Below are positions 39,566-48,462 of a stretch of DNA of 64,000 nucleotides, piece after piece. Source of the DNA: Candidatus Babeliales bacterium (GTDB taxonomy: Bacteria; Babelota; Babeliae; Babelales; JANWKD01). The DNA lies in the NCBI GenBank assembly GCA_963762115.1, contig CAVXJH010000003.1, positions 96,001 through 160,000 on the forward strand, given 5' to 3'. Position 1 is the first letter of the stretch; each line of letters begins with the position of its first letter. Under the pieces are notes generated by a model that was given only the letters and a program-made list of their open reading frames with translations, had not been told where the DNA came from and did no database searches. The translations under genes were made by a program, and so were the position numbers.

Positions 39566-39680
39566 TTATTGAGCAGGAAATGTATGGTTATGCGTAAGAC
39601 TTGAAACTACGGTCTGTACGTGTTGCAAACTAAAGCTAAATTGGATATCCTGACTAAACATGTCTATGATGGGCAGCCAT
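39566..39680 (-). other. Displaced 3' end of the integrase gene at attR (WL-PIIDMFSQ...FPAQ*)
   Basis: In frame with the integrase across the CAGCCAT core; open for 37 codons to a TAA at 39566-39568. Confidence 0.75.
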
Positions 39681-39730
39681 ACTATTAATCATGTTTTTCT
39701 ACATGATTTTTTTTGATTTAAAGATTTTTT
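39677..39730 (+). repeat. 54-bp direct repeat copy 1 (tRNA CCA end plus terminator hairpin)
   Basis: 52/54 identical to 45545-45598; contains AATCATGT-6 nt-ACATGATT plus T-run. Confidence 0.9.
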
Positions 39731-39778
39731 ATCCCTGTTGAACCTGTTTTTCCCTATTATTCTAATAGGGCATATATA

Positions 39779-39806
39779 TTGACTTTTGTTAAATATAGTT
39801 TATAAT
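39779..39806 (+). promoter_or_regulatory. Sigma70-type promoter for the WD40 genes
   Basis: TTGACT-16 bp-TATAAT. Confidence 0.55.
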
Positions 39807-39860
39807 TGAATATATAAATATTGGTTCTTATCGTTGTTTTTTCAAATAGGGGAAATTATT

Positions 39861-41753
39861 ATGTTTTTTAAGAAAGCCTTAAAGTTGGTATTATGTACTC
39901 TGACACTTTTTACCACAATAACCATGCATCCTATGGGCCCTAATGAGCTCATAGATTTTCTCACTAAAAATGGTGATACTGTCAGTCTTAAGCGTAAAAT
40001 TGCTGAGCAATCAGGGACAATTTCACATTTATTGGGTGATGTTGATGATCAAGCGCAAGAAGCAATTCCCTTGCCCATTTCAACTGCAATGTTTAAAAGT
40101 ATAAAACCTTTGTTGAAAAAAAACTTTAAAAGTTCTCGATTGCCACAACCGGACACTCAATTATCTCAACAAAATTTACAACAACAATATACTCAGTTAT
40201 CTCAAAAAATTTTACAACAACAATCTGACAACACGTTATTAAAACTTATTCAAACAACTAACTATTTAGATTGCCCTCCTATTTTAGAAAAGTGTGCAGA
40301 TGTTCTTGCAGAAAGAACTTTTAAAAAAAATAGTAATCTTTATATTGTTAGCGCATTTGTATGGACCCAAAAAATGTTACAAAAATTACCCAATGAGCTT
40401 TTGGTCTTAATTCAACAAGCATATCTTAAAAAATCTTGTGATCTTTTTGAGCATGTTCATAATCCTATGCAAACAGAAATTAAGCCAATAACATTAACTG
40501 ATAATAACGGTCAAATTCGATCAGTTCATTATGATATTGATGGAAAAAACATTATTACTCAGATAGATGATGATACCATTTGTCATTGGGACCCTGAGAC
40601 ACAACAAAAAACAACGTTAATTAATAAAACACATTGGCCGTCTCTTGCCTCGAGAAATGAAAATAGAATACACAGCAATAAAATATATTTTGAGACAAGT
40701 GCTTATTCTCCAGATGGTTCAACCTATGCAATTGGTGGAAGCGATACAGTTTGTATTTGGGATCTTAATAAAAAAGAATTACTTAACCATAAAAAGCTTC
40801 CACGTCAATTTAGGACAATGTGTATGTCATATCATCCAGCTCTAACAAGACTTGCTGTTGGCAGTGGCCCTAGAGGAGAAGTTGTTATTTTTGATATAGA
40901 AACTATGGATGTTATTCATACTTTGAAAACTAATGGTATTTGGGTTAAAAATATAAAATATGCGCCGGATGGAAGAACTCTTGCAACAAGTAATATTGGA
41001 AGAAGTAATTCGGTAAAAATATGGGATCAAGAACTAGAAAATTGCCTAAAAACTATTGATGTTGGTGATGATAGTGATGATACTTTCGGACCTCCAGTTA
41101 TATGTTATTCACCTAATAATCAATTTTTGGCCTGCGCAGCAAGTAATAAAATTACTATTTACGAAACAACTAATAATTATGCATGTATTAAAGATATTAA
41201 AAGAGGTGAAAAACCTTTAAATAATGATAAGCAAATTAACTTAATTCAATATACATCAGACGGAAAATATTTGATTGCTGGATTGCAAGATGGAACAATT
41301 GAGTTTCGGGAAACAAATAATTATACTTGCATAAAAACACTTTCATACGATCGACCAATCTGGTCTGTTGCTTTTAATAAGAATGGATCACATATGGCTA
41401 GCATTTCACCAGGAAAAGAATATCCTGAAAGCCGTCTTGTATTGTGGGATATTTCTAGTTTATTTCTTGAAAATATTTTTAAAGAATTAAATTTTGAAGA
41501 ATTATTATTGATAACTAAAGTTGCACTGGCAAAAAAGAACAGTACTAAACTTGAAGTTTGCCCTCTTCATACTAATGAACTTGATGCAACAACAGGAATA
41601 AAAATTTCAGATATTTATGCGAATATACCAAGTCAACTTAAAGAAAAATTAGAACCATATATTAGATTGAATAGATCATGCAAATGTACTTTTTTGCCTA
41701 TTAAAGTTCCTGGGACCCCAAAAACTACGGAAAGAAATAATTATGATTTTTAA
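39861..41753 (+). CDS. Exported Skp1/BTB-like + F-box-like + WD40 protein, copy 1
   Basis: Start MFFKKALK after GGGGA; Skp1-like IAEQSGTISHLL..IPLP..LIQTTNYLD; KLPNELL; WD40 repeats (YSPDGS, VCIWD, VKIWD, LVLWD). Confidence 0.85.
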   Translation: MFFKKALKLVLCTLTLFTTITMHPMGPNELIDFLTKNGDTVSLKRKIAEQSGTISHLLGDVDDQAQEAIPLPISTAMFKSIKPLLKKNFKSSRLPQPDTQLSQQNLQQQYTQLSQKILQQQSDNTLLKLIQTTNYLDCPPILEKCADVLAERTFKKNSNLYIVSAFVWTQKMLQKLPNELLVLIQQAYLKKSCDLFEHVHNPMQTEIKPITLTDNNGQIRSVHYDIDGKNIITQIDDDTICHWDPETQQKTTLINKTHWPSLASRNENRIHSNKIYFETSAYSPDGSTYAIGGSDTVCIWDLNKKELLNHKKLPRQFRTMCMSYHPALTRLAVGSGPRGEVVIFDIETMDVIHTLKTNGIWVKNIKYAPDGRTLATSNIGRSNSVKIWDQELENCLKTIDVGDDSDDTFGPPVICYSPNNQFLACAASNKITIYETTNNYACIKDIKRGEKPLNNDKQINLIQYTSDGKYLIAGLQDGTIEFRETNNYTCIKTLSYDRPIWSVAFNKNGSHMASISPGKEYPESRLVLWDISSLFLENIFKELNFEELLLITKVALAKKNSTKLEVCPLHTNELDATTGIKISDIYANIPSQLKEKLEPYIRLNRSCKCTFLPIKVPGTPKTTERNNYDF

Positions 41754-43617
41754 GAAAGCTTTAAAGTCTCTTTTATGTATTCTGACATTTTTTACGATAG
41801 TAACCATGCATTCAATGCAGCAACCAAATGATCCTAATGAGCTCATAGGTTTTCTCACTAAAAATGGTGATACTGTCAGTCTTAAGCGTAAAATTGCTGA
41901 ACAATCAGGGACAATTTCACATTTATTGGGTGATGTTGATGATCAAACGCAAGAAGTAATTCCCTTGCCCATCTCAACGGCAATGTTTAAAAGTATAAAA
42001 CCTTTGTTGAAAAAAAATTTTAAAGGTTCTCGATTGCCACAACCGGACACTCAATTATCTCAACAAAATTTACAACAACAATATACTCAGTTATCTCAAC
42101 AAATTTTACAACAACAATCTGATAATGCGTTATTAAAACTTATTCAAACAACCAACTATTTAGATTGTCCTCCTATTTTAGAAAAGTGTGCAGATGTTCT
42201 TGCAGTAAGAACTTTTTCAAAAAATAGTGATCTTTATATTGTTAGTGCATTTGTATGGACCAAAAAGATGTTACAAAAATTACCAAATGAGCTTTTGGCC
42301 TTAATTCAGCAGGCATATCTTAAGAAATCTTGTGATCTTTTTGAGCATGTTCATAATCCAATGCAAGCAGAAATTAAGCCAATAACATTAACTAATAATA
42401 ACGGTCAAATTCGATCAGTTCATTATGATATTGACGGAAAAAAAATTATTACTCAGATAGATGATGATACCGTTTGTTATTGGGACCGTGAGACACAACA
42501 AAAAACAACGTTAATTGATAAAACACATTGGCAGTCTCTTGCCTCGAGAAATGAAAATAGAATGCTCAGAGATAAAATGTATTTTGAGACAAGTGCTTAT
42601 TCTCCAGATGGTTCAACGTATGCAACTGGTGGAAGCGATACAGTTTGTATTTGGGATCTTAATAAAAAAGAATTACTCAACCATAAAAAGCTTTCATGGC
42701 AATTTAGGCCAAAGTGTATGTCATATCATCCAACATTAAAAAAGCTGGCTGTTGGCAGTGGTCGTAGAGGAGAAGTGGTTATTTTTGATATGGAAACTAT
42801 GGAAGTTGCTCATAGTTTGAAAACTAATGATATTTTGGTTAAAAATATAGAATATGCGCCGGATGGAAGAACTCTTGCAATAAGCACTATTGGAAATGGA
42901 AGCAATTCATTAAAAATATGGGATCTAGAACTAAAAAATTGCCTAAAAACTATTGATGTTGATTATGATACTTTCGTATCACCAATTATATGTTATTCAC
43001 CTAATAGTCAATTTTTGGCCTATGCATCAAGTAATAAAATTACTATTTACGAAACAACTAATAATTATGCATGTATTAAAGATATTAAAAGAGGTGAAAA
43101 ACCTTTAAATAATGATGAGGAGCAAATTAACTCAATTCAATATACATCAGACGGAAAATATTTGATTGGTGGATTGCAAGATGGAACAATTAAGTTTTGG
43201 GAAACAAGTAATTATACTTGTATAAAAACACTTTCATACGATCGACCAGTCTGGTCTGTTGCTTTTAATAAGAATGGATCACATATGGCTAGCATTTCAC
43301 TAGGCAAGAGATATCCTGAAAGTCATCTTGTGTTGTGGGATATTTCTAGTTTATTTCTTGAAAATATTTTTAAAGAATTAAATTTTGAAGAATTATTATT
43401 GATAACTAAAGTTGCCTTGGCAAAAAAGAATAATAGTAAGCTTGAAGTTTGTCCTCTTCATACTAATGAACTTGATGCAAAAGCAGGAATAAAAATTTCA
43501 GCTATTTATGCGAATATACCAAGTCAACTCAAAGAAAAATTAGAACCATATATTAGATTGAATAGATCATGCAAATGCACTTTTTTGCCTATTAAAGTTC
43601 CTGGGGAAAAAAAATAA
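41743..43617 (+). CDS. Exported Skp1/BTB-like + F-box-like + WD40 protein, copy 2
   Basis: Near-identical tandem duplicate of 39861..41753. Confidence 0.85.
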   Translation: MIFKKALKSLLCILTFFTIVTMHSMQQPNDPNELIGFLTKNGDTVSLKRKIAEQSGTISHLLGDVDDQTQEVIPLPISTAMFKSIKPLLKKNFKGSRLPQPDTQLSQQNLQQQYTQLSQQILQQQSDNALLKLIQTTNYLDCPPILEKCADVLAVRTFSKNSDLYIVSAFVWTKKMLQKLPNELLALIQQAYLKKSCDLFEHVHNPMQAEIKPITLTNNNGQIRSVHYDIDGKKIITQIDDDTVCYWDRETQQKTTLIDKTHWQSLASRNENRMLRDKMYFETSAYSPDGSTYATGGSDTVCIWDLNKKELLNHKKLSWQFRPKCMSYHPTLKKLAVGSGRRGEVVIFDMETMEVAHSLKTNDILVKNIEYAPDGRTLAISTIGNGSNSLKIWDLELKNCLKTIDVDYDTFVSPIICYSPNSQFLAYASSNKITIYETTNNYACIKDIKRGEKPLNNDEEQINSIQYTSDGKYLIGGLQDGTIKFWETSNYTCIKTLSYDRPVWSVAFNKNGSHMASISLGKRYPESHLVLWDISSLFLENIFKELNFEELLLITKVALAKKNNSKLEVCPLHTNELDAKAGIKISAIYANIPSQLKEKLEPYIRLNRSCKCTFLPIKVPGEKK

Positions 43618-43618
43618 T

Positions 43619-43671
43619 AAAAGACTCATGAAGAAACGGAATTAATTTACTGTTTTGTCATGAGTCTTTTT
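43619..43671 (+). terminator. Probable terminator
   Basis: AAAAGACTCATGA...TCATGAGTCTTTTT with a large loop, directly after the stop codon. Confidence 0.6.
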
Positions 43672-43775
43672 GTTGTCAATATTAATCGATATTTTTAATT
43701 GCTTAACGTATTCATTTTTGTTTAAAATCACACCAAAAAGAGTATGTGTAGTTTAAAATTCTATAAGGCGTCACA

Positions 43776-44021
43776 ATGTTTATGAAAAATTACTTCCCCT
43801 TATTCATATTTTCTATGTTGTTTTATCAAGTAAATGCTATACAACAATCGCAACTAACAAAAGAGCAAAAACTGGAAAAATTACGTGAAAAATTTAATCG
43901 TGATTGTAAGCTTGAGTGTGTACTTCGCCATGATGAGCTACAGAGGCATTGTTGGAGGATGTGCGAGCTTATGAACAAAACACTTAAAGAATTTGGCGAA
44001 GTTTTATCTGAAGATAAATAG
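43776..44021 (+). CDS. Small exported 4-Cys protein
   Basis: Signal peptide ending VNA; twin Cx3C motifs (CKLEC, CWRMC). Confidence 0.6.
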   Translation: MFMKNYFPLFIFSMLFYQVNAIQQSQLTKEQKLEKLREKFNRDCKLECVLRHDELQRHCWRMCELMNKTLKEFGEVLSEDK

Positions 44022-44157
44022 ACAATAAGTATAATTTCTTTTGCTCTTTTACTCTTGCTTTGCATTCTTAAAGATTAGTATATCTATGAAAAATATCTAT
44101 AAAAAAATCTTTATGTTTTTTTGATTAAGAAGATTTAAAAAATATCGGTCTTTGCCT

Positions 44158-45324
44158 TCATGTTTTTTTTACTTTTGTTTGAGATCTTTTTTTAGCTTTT
44201 GTCTTACTCGGTGCGGTTGCTTTTTTAGGTTTTTCTGTTAATATTTCATGTTTTTCAAACTCTGCTTCGATTTCTTCTATGGTGGGCAAATTGCTTTTTA
44301 ATGCTTTTGGCAACTTTTTCATTATTTCTGTTTCATAACCGGCTACTCCAATTGGTTTATTAATATCTCTCAACGCATATTCTGCGGTAAAATTATTTTT
44401 TGTTTTACACAATAAGAGGCCTATTGTTGGTTTATCTTCAGGTCCTTTTACCAGATCATCAACTGCTGAAAGATAAAAATTTAATTTACCTGCATGTTCT
44501 GGTATGAATTCACCTGTTTTTAATTCAACAACAATGAAACATCTCAATTTAAAATGATAAAAAAGAAGATCTAAGTAATAATCTTTATCGCCAACGTGGA
44601 GATGATATTGTCTTCCAACTAAAGCAAATCCTTTACCCATTTCAAGCAAAAGTTCCTGCACATTATCAATCATGCCTTGTTCTAAGTCATGTTCGAGGTA
44701 TTCATCATGTAACGTTAAAAAATCAAAAACATAGGGATCTTTAAATGTCTGTTGGGCCAACATAGAATGCGGGTCTGGTAATGTTAGTCGGAAATTAGTG
44801 ATTGCTTTGCCTTCCCTTTGATAAAGATTAGATTTAATTTGTGCTTCAAGAGTTCTTGTACTCCAGCCATTGGTTATAATTTGTTGTGCGTACCACAACC
44901 GCTGTTTAGTATCTTTTAATTTTATTAATAAAATAGTATTGTGTGACCAGCTAATAGTAAATAAAGGATTATTTTCTAATTGTGTCGACACTGTCGATAC
45001 TTTTTCATAAGCTCGATAGAATGCTTGCATGCGAAAAATATTTGATCTCGAAAAACCGCCTAATCCAGGGAACTCATTTTGCAAGTCTTTTGCTAATTTT
45101 TCAATATTTTTATTGCCCCAGCCACTTTCTTCTTGCTTGTTTACTATTGTTTGCCCAATAAACCAGTATAATTTTATTAATTCTTTATTTGCAGCAAAGA
45201 TTGCCTTAACTTGTGCTTCTTGAATTTGTTTTTTTAATCTAACTAATGTTTGAATATATTCTTTTGCAGAAATAGTATCAATTGCATTTTTAGAAACTGC
45301 TTTTAATTTTTTTATCATTAGCAC
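44158..45324 (-). CDS. YhcG/DUF1016 family PDDEXK nuclease-like protein
   Basis: LYWFIG..I...WG, GFSRSN, ISWSH, FKDPYVFDFL, GKGFALVGRQ, DLLFYH..LRCFIVVELK, GKLNFY. Confidence 0.93.
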   Translation of the reverse strand: MLMIKKLKAVSKNAIDTISAKEYIQTLVRLKKQIQEAQVKAIFAANKELIKLYWFIGQTIVNKQEESGWGNKNIEKLAKDLQNEFPGLGGFSRSNIFRMQAFYRAYEKVSTVSTQLENNPLFTISWSHNTILLIKLKDTKQRLWYAQQIITNGWSTRTLEAQIKSNLYQREGKAITNFRLTLPDPHSMLAQQTFKDPYVFDFLTLHDEYLEHDLEQGMIDNVQELLLEMGKGFALVGRQYHLHVGDKDYYLDLLFYHFKLRCFIVVELKTGEFIPEHAGKLNFYLSAVDDLVKGPEDKPTIGLLLCKTKNNFTAEYALRDINKPIGVAGYETEIMKKLPKALKSNLPTIEEIEAEFEKHEILTEKPKKATAPSKTKAKKRSQTKVKKT

Positions 45325-45544
45325 ACCTAATATTTTTTAAAAATATATGTATGGATTAAATTTTACTATGTTAAAAATTACTATACAACTATCGGATAAT
45401 TAACCCAAGTTATGGCTCAATTATAAAATCCTTTTAATTTAATTATTCGCTCTGTAATTTATAACGAGTTGTTGGTGAAAATCTGCTGAATTTGCTAATA
45501 TCATTTAAGTTATTGTGGAGTTGAAGTGTAATCAGTGACTTCAC

Positions 45545-45598
45545 CCATACTATTAATCATGTTTTTCTACATGATTTTTTTTCATTTAAAGGTTTTTT
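45545..45598 (+). repeat. 54-bp direct repeat copy 2
   Basis: 52/54 identical to 39677-39730. Confidence 0.9.
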
Positions 45599-45612
45599 CA
45601 GAGGACAGAAAT

Positions 45613-46440
45613 ATGAGAATAAACGTTCGTTGTTTTTCTATTATTTTTTTGTTGATTTTTACGGTGATTTTTTCTTGTACCGCCATGAATAAAAAAAGCC
45701 GACGAGAAAATGAAGGCAATCAAATTGTTCAAATTTTTAATCCTAAAAAATTGATGGATATTCTTGCTAAAGAAATTTATGATTGGCAAGATTATAGTGA
45801 TCAAGATGTTGGATTTGATGTATTGGAACAATTGCCAGATGATGTTGCTTTCCAAGTAGTAAAGCAGTATAAAGATAAAATTGATAATACTTTATTGCAT
45901 ATTCATGCATCGGGCGGAAGATGTGAGAATGTGAGGTATCTTATACGCATTGGCCTTAGTCCTTTGGAAGAAAATAGTAGAGGGCAAACGCCAATGATTT
46001 TTGCTGCACAATGCGGTCCTTTTGAACTATTTGAACTATTATTTTTACATGATAAAGATTATTATTTTGCTGAAAATAATAAATCTATGTTACATGAATT
46101 AACGCGACATTTAGTTGCCATGCCAAGGGTAGAAGCATTTAATTTTTATAGACAATATATTGCCGAAAAAAATCGCCGTTTTATTGATTTATTACATTTT
46201 CCTGCATTAAGGGGTGGAAATCTTAATTGTTTAAAATATTTATTGCAAAAAATTTATGAAGAAGGGGGAGTTCAGTTAATTAAAGAAATTGATTTTCGTG
46301 AATCTCTTTCGTATAAAATGGCGAGAGTTGGGCTTAACCGGAGTTTGGCATTATTCTTATCTTTTTACTCTGGTATTCCAAATGAAAATATTGTAGGTGA
46401 AGAAGATCGGGGTAGTAAACGAATGCCACTTTTAATATAG
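45613..46440 (+). CDS. Exported ankyrin-repeat protein
   Basis: Start MRINVRC after GAGGA; signal peptide ending CTA-MN; NTLLHIHA..G, RGQTPMIFAA. Confidence 0.8.
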   Translation: MRINVRCFSIIFLLIFTVIFSCTAMNKKSRRENEGNQIVQIFNPKKLMDILAKEIYDWQDYSDQDVGFDVLEQLPDDVAFQVVKQYKDKIDNTLLHIHASGGRCENVRYLIRIGLSPLEENSRGQTPMIFAAQCGPFELFELLFLHDKDYYFAENNKSMLHELTRHLVAMPRVEAFNFYRQYIAEKNRRFIDLLHFPALRGGNLNCLKYLLQKIYEEGGVQLIKEIDFRESLSYKMARVGLNRSLALFLSFYSGIPNENIVGEEDRGSKRMPLLI

Positions 46441-46483
46441 GATATATAACAAATAAATTGTGGTTTTTTCAAGGGACAAAAGT

Positions 46484-47833
46484 ATGAAAATGAAAGTTCG
46501 TTGTTTTTCTATTATTTTTTTTGTATCTATTTTTTCCATGAATTTTTCTTGTTTTTCGATGCATCAAGACAAAAAACAACGATCTGATCGTTCAGAAGTT
46601 GTTATATTTTTTAATCCAAAAAGATTAACTGAAATTTGCACTGAACAATACGGTAAAGATATTTATGATCAAAAATATGCTAAGAATCAAGAATTAGGTC
46701 TGGATTTCTTGTGCCAATTCCCAAATGTTGCATCATTTCATATTGCAAAACACAAGAATGCGGTGGGTGATACGTTATTGCATGTATATTCTTATTTAGG
46801 AAAACTTGAAGAAGTGCACTATCTTCATAGTATTGGTTGTGATGTAAAAGCGAAAAATAAAAAAGGTGAAACGCCCATTGTGCATGCAAGTTTTGCAAGC
46901 CATTTTGAGGTAATGAAATATTTGTTTGAAAATAAAGGTTATCAGCCTGAAGATTATATGAAGGTGGCAATTGGCTTTATGAGCATGCCAGATGAAAAAG
47001 CGGTAGATCTTTTTAAGCAACATTCGGGTAAAACGCGTTGGTGTGGCTTGGTTCATCATGCTGCGCAGGCCGGTGGAAATATTGGCTTTCTACGACATGT
47101 ATTGGAAGAACAAAAAATAAAGCCAAAGGAGACTAATTTTTTTACTAAAAAGATTTGGCAAAAAAGGACCCCCATTCATCTTGCTGCTGAAAATGGCCAT
47201 TTAGAGCATTTGAAATTATTAATTGACAATAAATATCCAATTGATGAAATTGATTATGAAGGATATTCACCTGCTTGCTATGCGGCATATAATGGTCACC
47301 TTGTATGCTTAGCAACATTGTTATCTTTTGATGCATCACTAAACGGTGCTAAAGAAGGCGTTGAAACAACTTTAACACTTTTGCATGGTGCAATATTAAA
47401 TAATCAAAAAGAAGTGATTCATTTTCTTCTTTCTAATGGAGCTAATGTAAATGCGGGAGATTATAATGGTGAGACGCCAATTTTTTATGCAGTTGTAGAA
47501 GGCAATCTTGAGACGGTGCAATTATTATTAGCACATAATGCCGATGTGACTGAATTCGGTTTTGATCTATTACAAGAAGCTTTAAATAATAAACATTTTC
47601 ATGTTGCTGAATTTTTACTTGAACAAAAAATTAGTAGTGTTAATGAGATAGAAGATGAAAAGTTGTTGGGAGCGCCTGAATCAATTTTGGCACGTATGAT
47701 TAAAATAAATGAGATTCAAAGTGTAGAATTTTTACTTTCAAAAGGTGCAGATGTTCATCATCCAAGTGTCAAAATAAACGATAATACAGTACCAGAAATT
47801 GTTGAACGCATAAAAAATGCTAGAAAATCTTAA
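46484..47833 (+). CDS. Exported ankyrin-repeat protein (paralog of the upstream gene)
   Basis: GDTLLH, GETPIVHA, TPIHLAAENGH, GANVNAGDYNGETPIFYAV. Confidence 0.9.
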   Translation: MKMKVRCFSIIFFVSIFSMNFSCFSMHQDKKQRSDRSEVVIFFNPKRLTEICTEQYGKDIYDQKYAKNQELGLDFLCQFPNVASFHIAKHKNAVGDTLLHVYSYLGKLEEVHYLHSIGCDVKAKNKKGETPIVHASFASHFEVMKYLFENKGYQPEDYMKVAIGFMSMPDEKAVDLFKQHSGKTRWCGLVHHAAQAGGNIGFLRHVLEEQKIKPKETNFFTKKIWQKRTPIHLAAENGHLEHLKLLIDNKYPIDEIDYEGYSPACYAAYNGHLVCLATLLSFDASLNGAKEGVETTLTLLHGAILNNQKEVIHFLLSNGANVNAGDYNGETPIFYAVVEGNLETVQLLLAHNADVTEFGFDLLQEALNNKHFHVAEFLLEQKISSVNEIEDEKLLGAPESILARMIKINEIQSVEFLLSKGADVHHPSVKINDNTVPEIVERIKNARKS

Positions 47834-47850
47834 AATAGTTGAAAAATAGT

Positions 47851-48462
47851 ATGAAAAATATTTTATTATTTGCTTCAAAATCAGCTCCTCGTCGTGAATT
47901 ATTGCAAAAGACACAAATTCCTTTCACTATAATTGAACAGAATGCTGATGAATCGCAATGTGATTGGGCATTGCCTTTTCCACAATTATTAGCATCAATT
48001 GCATTGCATAAAATGCATCAGGTGATTTTGCCAGAAGGTAAAGAGGGAGAGCATTGTTTTGTGCTTACCGTTGACACAATGTTACAAGCTCAAGACGGTA
48101 CCATTTTGGGTAAACCATCGTGTAAAGAAGCTGCCATAAAGATGATTCAAGCATCTCGCGATGGCGGAGTTGTAGCTTCGGCATTTTGTTTGGATAAAAA
48201 AATATTCAACAATGGATCGTGGATTGTTGATCAACGCATACAAAAATATGTGAGTGCAAACTATATTTTAGATTTTCCTGATTCTTGGCTTGAAAAATAT
48301 TTTGAAGAATATCCGGAATATTTAAACATTGCTGGAGCATTGAACATTGAAGAGTATGGTATGCAATTTGTTAAAACAATTAATGGTTCCTATTCAACGG
48401 CAATTGGGTTGCCGCTGTATGAATTACGTGAGTCACTTGAATCACTCGATTTTTTTGATTGA
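47851..48462 (+). CDS. maf: Maf family nucleotide pyrophosphatase, paralog 1
   Basis: LFASKSAPRRELL, LTVDT, ILGKP, AGAL.IE, GSYSTAIGLP. Confidence 0.9.
   Translation: MKNILLFASKSAPRRELLQKTQIPFTIIEQNADESQCDWALPFPQLLASIALHKMHQVILPEGKEGEHCFVLTVDTMLQAQDGTILGKPSCKEAAIKMIQASRDGGVVASAFCLDKKIFNNGSWIVDQRIQKYVSANYILDFPDSWLEKYFEEYPEYLNIAGALNIEEYGMQFVKTINGSYSTAIGLPLYELRESLESLDFFD

Larger units (their letters stand above)
29928..39680. mobile_element. ~9.75 kb integrative element (satellite/IME-like) inserted at the tRNA-Gln 3' end
   Basis: CAGCCAT at 29928-29934 and 39674-39680; serine integrase at the left end; TOPRIM-DUF3987 primase; terminator hairpin immediately after the right core. Confidence 0.85.

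Noticed and set aside
39861..43617. Diversity-generating retroelement behind the WD40 or F-box paralog variation
   Set aside because: No reverse transcriptase in the window, whole genes are duplicated, and the differences are not adenine-specific
45535..45612. N-terminal extension of the first ankyrin ORF
   Set aside because: Runs through the terminator repeat; RBS and paralog support ATG 45613
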